37,271 nt of DNA from a virus, in IMG/VR virus record IMGVR_UViG_3300045988_035176, positions 1 to 37,271 of that record. One strand, 5' to 3'. Each line of letters opens with the position of its first letter. The stretch's first letter is position 1. The position numbers were made by a program, and so were the translations under genes. Below are positions 31,383-37,271 of this stretch, piece after piece. The notes below the pieces were generated by a model, which ran no database searches, was not told the origin of the DNA, and was given only the letters and a program-made list of their open reading frames with translations.

Positions 31383-32473
31383 ATGCTACTCTCCTTCGCT
31401 ACATCCATAAACAATTTTAAATCTAAAGCTCTTATTGATCTTCCTTTGGGATCTCCACCAATTACTATATTACATAACTCTTTGTAATGTTTTTGATTTA
31501 AAAATGGTCCATATTTAATTAATATTCTATTAATACGCTTTTTTACATACTGCATAGATTTATTATCAAATCTCCATTCTTCTTTCATCATTCCAAAGAA
31601 CTTTTCTTTATAATCAACTTCTTCATCTTTCTTTGCTTGTTTATTTTTCTTTTGTCTTCTAAATAATTCAGTATCATAATAAAGCATTGCCATATAAGCA
31701 TTTGGTTCTCTTTTACAAATCTTATCAAATAGCCCAGGGTAAAATTCACACATGTTAACAAGACTTCTTATTGTATCTATGCTAAAAAATTGACTTATTC
31801 TTAATCTATTAATTGGAATTCCTACTTGATACATAAATTTATAGGCATCTGGAAATTCTAAGTTATTATCTCTTATATACATCCATACATCTTTATCGGT
31901 CCAATCATAGATAGGAAACATTTTTTCTTGTGATGTTCTACTTGCCAAATTCATTGATCTTTGAATACTTTCACTTGCTCTAACACCAATTAATGATACA
32001 CAATTTTTATTTTTTTTATCCATAAATTTTTGATAGGTATCATGTCTTTCATTAAGTAATGGATCATTTGTAATTGCAAATTTTGGTTTTTGTCTTATCC
32101 ATACATCTTTTTTAGTTTCATCCCAACAAATAAAACTTTCATCATTTGCTAATTGATTTAAGCAATTATAATGTTTTACCTGAATACACCACCAATTAAA
32201 AGGTACTCCAATACTCAACCATTGTAGTCTAATGCTTTTTACTTGTTTTTCTACACAAGGATAAATTGCTTCTTCATCTATAAAATCAACAGTTAATTTT
32301 GATTTATCAATTTCACCATTTTGGCATAATTTAAAAATCAGATCATTTAAACAAATACTATCTTTCCCACCACTTACTGATAATTCAATTCTACTAGCAG
32401 TATTAAATATATTTTTTATTCTTGTCTTTGCCATTGTTACAACATCAACATTTGAATATTGTTTTTTAATCAA
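31379..32473 (-). CDS. PP-loop ATP pyrophosphatase, PAPS-reductase family, IbrA-like (with a DUF3440-like C-terminus).
   Basis: It has the canonical PP-loop SVSGGKDS, then GVRASES and PIYDWTDKDVWMYI. The C-terminal region ...FYPGLFDKICKREPNAYMAMLYYDTELFRR is also present. The ECG(L/I)H redox motif of true CysH is absent. Confidence 0.75.
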   Translation of the reverse strand: MIKKQYSNVDVVTMAKTRIKNIFNTASRIELSVSGGKDSICLNDLIFKLCQNGEIDKSKLTVDFIDEEAIYPCVEKQVKSIRLQWLSIGVPFNWWCIQVKHYNCLNQLANDESFICWDETKKDVWIRQKPKFAITNDPLLNERHDTYQKFMDKKNKNCVSLIGVRASESIQRSMNLASRTSQEKMFPIYDWTDKDVWMYIRDNNLEFPDAYKFMYQVGIPINRLRISQFFSIDTIRSLVNMCEFYPGLFDKICKREPNAYMAMLYYDTELFRRQKKNKQAKKDEEVDYKEKFFGMMKEEWRFDNKSMQYVKKRINRILIKYGPFLNQKHYKELCNIVIGGDPKGRSIRALDLKLFMDVAKESSI

Positions 32474-33083
32474 GATAAATCATCTCCCCACAAGAAGGGC
32501 ATATAATATATTTCTTCTCATTTTTTTCAGTACCGACTTTTGTTTCCGTTACCATTGTTACTGGCTCGTTTTTAATTTCTGGTTCTTTTTCAATATAAGT
32601 ATTATTTGTTTCTTGCTTTGGTTCTTCTTGAATAAATTTAGTATCTGTTACAACTCCATAATTACTAATTGCTTCTTCAACTTGTTCATCTGTTGCAGTC
32701 ATTTGCTCCAAAATATACTTGTCATAACCAGCGATTTCAAAATCTCCCATTCCAGTTATCTCTTGGATGTAATTATTTATTTCATCGTAATTTTCTGCAC
32801 CCAAGCTATAAATTTTATTATCACTTAAAATTAATTTTTTCTTTTCAACTTCTGATAGACCTGTTTTTCTATAACATTGAACATCTGCTTTATTCATTTT
32901 TACTAAAGCAAAATATAAGCCATTACCAATTAAGATATTATTATCTTCATCAATAACCATTGCTCTTGTCTGTCCAAACTGTTCTACACTTTTAATTAAT
33001 TCATCAATTTGTTTATCATTATGTTTTCTAACATTCTTCTCCAATGGTTTTAGATCATTTATTTTTACTACTTCTAATTTCAT
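32466..33083 (-). CDS. ParB-like N-terminal domain protein (degenerate) with an acidic linker and a C-terminal CxxC.
   Basis: KINDLKPLEKNVRKHNDKQIDELIKSVEQFGQ...ILIGNGLYFAL follows the ParB-N pattern seen in phage ParB-methylase fusions. The GxxR arginine box is replaced by GNGLYF. The C-terminus contains CPSCGEMI. Confidence 0.6.
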   Translation of the reverse strand: MKLEVVKINDLKPLEKNVRKHNDKQIDELIKSVEQFGQTRAMVIDEDNNILIGNGLYFALVKMNKADVQCYRKTGLSEVEKKKLILSDNKIYSLGAENYDEINNYIQEITGMGDFEIAGYDKYILEQMTATDEQVEEAISNYGVVTDTKFIQEEPKQETNNTYIEKEPEIKNEPVTMVTETKVGTEKNEKKYIICPSCGEMIYLD

Positions 33084-33084
33084 C

Positions 33085-33897
33085 TCATTTTCCCCTACTT
33101 TCTAAAAATTCTCTAGCACTTGTTAATCTGCTACTAGCATTTATTACAATGCTTTTATCAATATCATATAATTCTTGCCATACTTCATTTTCTGTTTTAT
33201 CCATTATGGCTCTTTCAGTCCATTCTCCCATTGCTATTGAACCCATTAAAAAACCCCTATCCCATTTATAAAATGGTGGTAATTCTATATTGTTATATTT
33301 TATATAAGCAAGTAATTGTTCTGCATTCCAATTAGCAAGAGGAGAAAAGACATCATAATTGCTCTTACTAACAATATAATTATTTTCTTTATTTCCACAT
33401 TGGTTTCCATCTTTAATTCTTCTTCCTGCGATAAATAAATCAAAATTATATTTAGTAATATCTTTATTTTGTCTTTTCCATTTTTCCGCCATCCAATTTT
33501 GTCTAGTATTACATTTACAAAATAAATACTGTGGATGTTTTTCTAAATATTCCAGACTATATTTATCAATAACTTCTTCAATTAGATTTTTAGGTTTGTT
33601 TTCATTAATCCATTTTCTCATTTCTGGGTATTCATTAATACCACACCAGAATATAGGTGTTGATTCAATTTTAGATTTATTAATAATATCTTGTAGTACA
33701 ATACTATCTTTACCTGCTACCCAACCATTACAAATATTTTTATACTTTTTTGATATATCTCTAATAAATGATGTTGTTTCATCTGTTAATTTATCAATAT
33801 CTTCTTTGCTGTAAATGGTAGTACATTTATCAAATGCTTCTAACCATTCACTATTATCTTTTATATTTTGTTTTTTAGTCAGCATAGTATCACCCAT
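33085..33897 (-). CDS. PAPS-reductase-family protein with a degenerate PP-loop.
   Basis: NGWVAGKDSIVLQDI occupies the place of the SGGKDS loop. It is followed by FIAGRRIKDG and PLANWNAEQLLAYIKYNNIELPPFY. An 8-nt overlap links it to the permease gene. Confidence 0.55.
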   Translation of the reverse strand: MGDTMLTKKQNIKDNSEWLEAFDKCTTIYSKEDIDKLTDETTSFIRDISKKYKNICNGWVAGKDSIVLQDIINKSKIESTPIFWCGINEYPEMRKWINENKPKNLIEEVIDKYSLEYLEKHPQYLFCKCNTRQNWMAEKWKRQNKDITKYNFDLFIAGRRIKDGNQCGNKENNYIVSKSNYDVFSPLANWNAEQLLAYIKYNNIELPPFYKWDRGFLMGSIAMGEWTERAIMDKTENEVWQELYDIDKSIVINASSRLTSAREFLESRGK

Positions 33898-34975
33898 TCA
33901 ATGATTTTACTGATATATAGCCAAGTATTAATGTTGCTATTATAAAACTTATAACTCCAACAATTGAATTAATTGTTATTTGTCCTAAAGTTGCAAATAA
34001 TACCATTAGTCCAAATGTTATTGCTGATACTGGAATTACTATATTTGTTTTTTTCTTTAATGCTAATGGTAATAACAAAATACCAACTGCAAATGCAAAT
34101 CTAATAACTCCAAATGAACTCCATAATTGAAGCATTCCCATTTTAACAAATACTCCAAATGTAATACATAAGAATAGTGAAAGTCCTGTTCCTATTCTCT
34201 TATTTCCTACTTCATGAAGTGCTACTGCAATACTATCTATTGTTGATGTAGTTACTCCAAGAACTGCTACTAATAAAATAATATGCATTGGTAGTGTAAA
34301 TTTAAAGAAGGCCATTCCTAATATTAATAACATATAAATCCCAAATAAAAATGCTCCTAAATAATAACCTTTTTTACTTTCATCTGCTTCTGCTCTTTGC
34401 CAATGTTGTACATCTCCAATAGGCCCAGCGAATAAAATAAGTCCAGACCATACTCCCCATAACACACCACTCATGCTAGTTGGTGCAAATACTTGTAATG
34501 GGGCTTTTGTAAATATTCCAACTGCTATAATTGCTATAATTGATACAATAGCAATGATCCATTGATATACATCTGTTTTAACTGATGTTGGTAGTCCTTT
34601 TTTGTAAACAATTAGAGTAAAGAAAAATCCTAATGCTATTGTTATCAAATATGATGCAGTTGTACTACCTGTAATAATTAGAAATTGTTGATTTATAAAA
34701 TTCAACTGAACTAATAAGCAGAATAATTGAATTACTAATGCTATTACTTTTACTTCTTTTCTATTATAAGTTTCTGGACTAATTTTTTTATTGTTATATA
34801 GCCATCCAAATAATGCAAGTGTTAAGGCATTACAAACAGCCCATACAATCCATGCGATTATACCTTTCTCTTGAGCTATTTGTTGTCCCATGATTAAAGA
34901 TGTTCCCCAAGCCCAACTTGCAGCACTTGAAGCACCTATTTTTTTAAAACTTAGATTCTCATTTTCCATTTTCAT
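33890..34975 (-). CDS. Polytopic membrane protein, putative SSS/LeuT-fold-like permease (361 aa, about 10 TM).
   Basis: About ten hydrophobic segments are visible. GPIGDVQHWQRAEADESKK resembles the G.dQ...QR..a.k motif of sodium:solute symporters. The N-terminus GASSAASWAWGTSLIMG resembles SSS TM1. An AAAGG RBS is present. Confidence 0.55.
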   Translation of the reverse strand: MKMENENLSFKKIGASSAASWAWGTSLIMGQQIAQEKGIIAWIVWAVCNALTLALFGWLYNNKKISPETYNRKEVKVIALVIQLFCLLVQLNFINQQFLIITGSTTASYLITIALGFFFTLIVYKKGLPTSVKTDVYQWIIAIVSIIAIIAVGIFTKAPLQVFAPTSMSGVLWGVWSGLILFAGPIGDVQHWQRAEADESKKGYYLGAFLFGIYMLLILGMAFFKFTLPMHIILLVAVLGVTTSTIDSIAVALHEVGNKRIGTGLSLFLCITFGVFVKMGMLQLWSSFGVIRFAFAVGILLLPLALKKKTNIVIPVSAITFGLMVLFATLGQITINSIVGVISFIIATLILGYISVKSLNG

Positions 34976-35003
34976 TTACTACCTTTCTTATATCGCCCGC
35001 TCA

Positions 35004-35019
35004 TGTTCCACGTGGAACA
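35004..35019. promoter_or_regulatory. parS-like site TGTTCCACGTGGAACA. It is perfectly symmetric and forms the core of the 18-bp palindrome at 35003-35020.
   Basis: It matches the Firmicute Spo0J/ParB parS consensus TGTTNCACGTGAAACA at 15 of 16 positions. It lies 28 nt upstream of the permease ATG, inside the operon leader. Confidence 0.6.
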
Positions 35020-35070
35020 TTTTCGCATGATTTTAGCTTCTTTTTAAAGCGAAAAACGGCTTATACTCAC

Positions 35071-35100
35071 ATTATAGCGTGAATTTGGCCGTTTATCCAA
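35071..35100 (-). promoter_or_regulatory. Sigma-A-type promoter of the AT-rich operon (TTGGAT, 18 nt spacer, TATAAT).
   Basis: The minus strand reads TTGGATAAACGGCCAAATTCACGCTATAAT. The 7-bp inverted repeats AAACGGC/GCCGTTT (35054-35060 and 35088-35094) bracket the -10 region. Confidence 0.5.
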
Positions 35101-35190
35101 AAAATCTTAGTATTTTATAATTTTTGTGATTAGTTATATAGACGTTTCATCTTGGTGTCACACCAGACAATGCCCGTTACCATGGGGGGA

Positions 35191-35571
35191 TTACTTCAGC
35201 TTCTCGATTCTCTGCCTAGCTAGCTTCTTTAGATACTCGTTATCAATCATTCCTGCATCAGCTAACCTGTGACAGTCTTTGCATAAGCATATAAGGTTAT
35301 CATCATCCAACCATAGCTCTGGCTTATCCTTCAGCTTCTCTATGTGATGCACCTCTACATTTCTATAGTTATATATGCCTTTGTCTTTACATACTTCACA
35401 TAGATAGTTTGCATCCTCTCGTATCTGCTTGCTCTTCTCTGTCCATGCACTCTTGCTTCTTAGCTTTGATTCTTTGTAGCTGTACTTGTACTTCTTCTTT
35501 TCTACATGGCATACATAACCTTTCGGATGTATCTTCCCGCACTTACTACAAGCATAGTACCCTTGTGCCAT
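35191..35571 (-). CDS. HNH endonuclease (packaging-associated type).
   Basis: It has N-terminal CxxC pairs and the motif VEVHHIEKL...NLICLCKDCH. Its ATG overlaps the endolysin stop (TAATG). Confidence 0.85.
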   Translation of the reverse strand: MAQGYYACSKCGKIHPKGYVCHVEKKKYKYSYKESKLRSKSAWTEKSKQIREDANYLCEVCKDKGIYNYRNVEVHHIEKLKDKPELWLDDDNLICLCKDCHRLADAGMIDNEYLKKLARQRIEKLK

Positions 35572-36644
35572 TACTTAACTCTCAGCTTTTGCCCTGCGTA
35601 AATGACGTTCGGATTGCTGATACCATTCATAGCCTGTAGCTTCTGCCAAGTTGTGCCATATCTGGATGCAATGCCTGACAATGTATCTCCGCTCTGCACA
35701 GTGTAATATACTGCCTGAGATGCACCTAGCTTCTGGTTGACGATATTCTGAATGGTATTATAGTCATACCCTGCCTGTTCCAATCTGTTCTTACGGCTGT
35801 TACCATCTCCCCAAGCTCCCGCAATAACCTCGCTTGCAATCTGTTCATTTGACTTTCTGACAGGTGCAGCCTTCTTGTTTACAATGTCCTGAATCACATT
35901 GTAGTCATATCCTGCTTGTGTAAGTCTGTTCTTGCGATCTTCACCGTTTCCCCAAGCTCCTGCAATTACTTCGTCTGCAATCTGCTCGTTACTCTTTCTA
36001 ACAGGTTTTGGCGCAACTGGTTTTGCTTCACCGCTTGGATTCGCATACTTATGCCATGCTGTAGCATCCATATAGGCAATGTCTAAATCAAGGTTGCCTG
36101 CATATCCTGCCAATCTTCCACAAGAAGAATACTGTCTGATAGCACATGTATAATAACCCTCATTCCATGGATGTTCCTGATAGCCTGTCGGATTGTTATT
36201 CGCATACTGTGCAATCCATAGTCCATAGTCTCCAATGCCAGAGACTTCTTTGTACAAGCTTGCTGATGTATAGATTAAAGGTTTGACCCCAGTTTTTTCT
36301 ACAATTCGATTGCACCAGTTGCTGATCCATGTTCTAGCTGGACCGCCTGTTCCACACAGTGCGTTGTCCTGATGCTCCCAGTCTAAGCAGAGAATAGCTT
36401 CGCCGATATATCCTTGAATGTTATTCAAGAAATAATCTGCTTCTGCTACTGCATTCCATCCATTTGCATAGTGGTATACACCTAATAGCTTTCCGTTAGC
36501 TTTAGCTTGCTGATAAGCTCTGTCGCAATCAGGATTCACATATCCTGTACCTTCTGTAGCTTTGCAAATTACAAAGTCACATGGAACTTTTGATAGATCA
36601 ATCCCTTTTTGCCAATTTGAAATGTCAATTCCGTTTAATGTCAT
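35571..36644 (-). CDS. Endolysin: GH25 muramidase, two CW_7 repeats and a LysM domain.
   Basis: The GH25 N-terminus is [26 protein letters not shown]. Two repeats of about 47 aa follow ([36 protein letters not shown]). The C-terminal LysM is [18 protein letters not shown]. Confidence 0.9.
   Translation of the reverse strand: MTLNGIDISNWQKGIDLSKVPCDFVICKATEGTGYVNPDCDRAYQQAKANGKLLGVYHYANGWNAVAEADYFLNNIQGYIGEAILCLDWEHQDNALCGTGGPARTWISNWCNRIVEKTGVKPLIYTSASLYKEVSGIGDYGLWIAQYANNNPTGYQEHPWNEGYYTCAIRQYSSCGRLAGYAGNLDLDIAYMDATAWHKYANPSGEAKPVAPKPVRKSNEQIADEVIAGAWGNGEDRKNRLTQAGYDYNVIQDIVNKKAAPVRKSNEQIASEVIAGAWGDGNSRKNRLEQAGYDYNTIQNIVNQKLGASQAVYYTVQSGDTLSGIASRYGTTWQKLQAMNGISNPNVIYAGQKLRVK
35712..36002 (-). 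repeat. Two tandem CW_7-type cell-wall-binding coding repeats in the endolysin gene.
   Basis: Amino acids 215-261 and 262-311 of the endolysin are near-identical. Confidence 0.8.
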
Positions 36645-36658
36645 TTTTTCTTTCCTCT

Positions 36659-37015
36659 CTAATGATTCTGTGCCCGTTCATTTTCCAACTCCTTTATTCT
36701 TGCTTCATGATCATCCTTGTAATTAAATAGCGTTTTTACACGCTCTGAAACAATAACTAGCTGTTCTGATACTTTTTTTAGTTGTTCAGTCTTTTCACCA
36801 TTTTCTGCCATCATCTTTTTTGTTGTGTCACAAAAGTCGTCAAGTTTTACATTGATTTTTACAAAGCTTTTTTCGACATCCAACTGTCGATTTTTTTCTC
36901 GCTCTGCCTGTTCTTCCTGACGCTTTTTGCCACCTGCAAAGGTGTTGATTAACGTACATGCAAGTGATGTCAAGGAAATAAGTAATGCGATGCTTACACT
37001 TGCTTCAGGAGTCAT
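36659..37015 (-). CDS. Membrane-anchored coiled-coil protein in the lysis cassette (holin accessory or antiholin-like; function unknown).
   Basis: It has an N-terminal TM segment ([22 protein letters not shown]) followed by a charged coiled coil. It lies between the holin and the endolysin. Confidence 0.45.
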   Translation of the reverse strand: MTPEASVSIALLISLTSLACTLINTFAGGKKRQEEQAEREKNRQLDVEKSFVKINVKLDDFCDTTKKMMAENGEKTEQLKKVSEQLVIVSERVKTLFNYKDDHEARIKELENERAQNH

Positions 37016-37219
37016 TTATTCCACCTTTTTATAGTTCGCCGAACTGATCTGTAGACATGCTCCAATGCACGTTCCAATTGCCGAAATAGTTCCTGCAATT
37101 GCTTCTGCATAATCCCATCCCCAGATTTTGCCGAGCGTGATAATTAAAGCTGAAAATGCGTTCGTTCCAACAAGTGCAACCCATTTCAATTTGTCGTATG
37201 TTTTATTAGAAAATACCAT
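37016..37219 (-). CDS. Holin (Dp-1-family-like, two TM segments).
   Basis: A 67-aa protein. The pattern YDKLKWVALVGTNAFSALIITLGKIWGW...IAGTISAIGTCIGACLQISSANY resembles the Dp-1 holin family. Its 5' end lies in the terminal overlap. Confidence 0.65.
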   Translation of the reverse strand: MVFSNKTYDKLKWVALVGTNAFSALIITLGKIWGWDYAEAIAGTISAIGTCIGACLQISSANYKKVE

Positions 37220-37271
37220 TTTTTACCTTCTTTCATAACTAAATTATACTATAATTATTGCCAAAAAAAAG
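37187..37271. repeat. Terminal overlap, copy 2 (identical to 1-85).
   Basis: Base-by-base comparison shows 85/85 identity. This is consistent with a circular assembly. Confidence 0.95.

Larger units (their letters stand above)
1..37271. mobile_element. Complete temperate phage genome. Siphovirus-type, HK97-like head module. Circularly closed contig, about 37,186 bp unique.
   Basis: A full set of lysogeny, replication, lysis, packaging, head and non-contractile tail genes is present. Bases 1-85 are identical to 37187-37271. The holin ORF is split by the contig ends. Confidence 0.85.

Noticed and set aside
31379-33897. Reading the two PAPS-reductase-family genes as cysH-type auxiliary metabolic genes for assimilatory sulfate reduction.
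   Set aside because: Neither protein has the C-terminal ECG(L/I)H redox motif of CysH. One has a degenerate PP-loop. Both are paired with ParB/Srx-like genes in the IbrA/IbrB-type arrangement, which points to nucleic-acid-directed or regulatory chemistry and not to sulfate assimilation.
30831-35020. Reading parS plus the ParB-like genes as a plasmid-prophage partition (parABS) cassette.
   Set aside because: No ParA/Walker ATPase gene is present. The ParB-like proteins are short IbrB-type or methylase-N-type domains, not full-length centromere-binding ParB. The genome also encodes a large serine integrase with a candidate attP, which indicates an integrative lifestyle.
35021-35070. A riboswitch (for example preQ1 or another ligand-sensing leader) in the roughly 100-nt leader of the permease operon.
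   Set aside because: I could not recognise any known riboswitch consensus. The only strong structure is the palindrome itself, and no U-tract follows it. A DNA-level protein-binding site (parS-like) explains it better. A covariance-model scan would be needed to exclude a riboswitch fully.
1-37271. CRISPR arrays, tRNA/tmRNA or rRNA genes, and transposase/IS elements.
   Set aside because: The only regularly spaced repeats are coding tandem repeats (tape measure, endolysin CW_7). No cloverleaf-like tRNA sequence or rRNA-like segment was noticed in the few non-coding gaps. No transposase-like ORF is present.

Overview
The window is one complete, circularly closed genome of a temperate siphovirus-type phage. 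The unique length is about 37,186 bp, because the first 85 bp are repeated exactly at 37187-37271. Gene content suggests a low-GC Gram-positive, Clostridia-like host. That host call rests only on gene families (large serine integrase, GH25/CW_7/LysM endolysin, Dp-1-like holin) and is not proven. Almost all genes are on the minus strand. On the circular map the order is as follows. (1) Immunity and integration on the plus strand: CI-like repressor 10907-11248, large serine integrase 11423-12757, candidate attP near 12876-12915. (2) A divergent Cro-like gene, then the early operon(s) 10759 down to 115: ERF, Gp157-like, PD-(D/E)XK nuclease, SSB, NinB-like, dUTPase, DUF1064, DnaD-type replisome organizer, DnaC-like loader and about 17 small unknown ORFs. 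(3) After wrapping, a lysis cassette (holin 37219-37016, membrane protein, endolysin), followed by an HNH endonuclease whose start overlaps the endolysin stop. (4) An AT-rich five-gene operon 34975-30831. (5) terS, terL, portal, ClpP protease, HK97 capsid, connectors, major tail protein, a chaperone with a -1 frameshift, tape measure, Dit, an eight-gene fibre cassette, a Tal-like protein and a DUF859-like receptor-binding protein ending at 13023. The most interesting locus is the AT-rich operon between HNH and terS. It encodes an SSS-like permease plus two tandem pairs of PP-loop/PAPS-reductase-like and ParB/Srx-like proteins (IbrA/IbrB-like, reminiscent of DndC/DndB). One pair has canonical motifs and the other has degenerate motifs. 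The operon has its own promoter. Its leader contains a perfectly symmetric 16-bp site, TGTTCCACGTGGAACA, that matches the Firmicute chromosomal parS (Spo0J/ParB) consensus at 15 of 16 positions. Other observations: a recurrent GTTTC-N5-GAAAC motif, a mosaic junction inside terS, an unusual Dit / fibre cassette / terminator / Tal order, lysis genes placed upstream of packaging, and a G8 tract in a ribosome-binding site. No tRNA, rRNA, CRISPR array, reverse transcriptase or transposase was seen. All functional calls come from motif and pattern recognition by eye; no database search was run.
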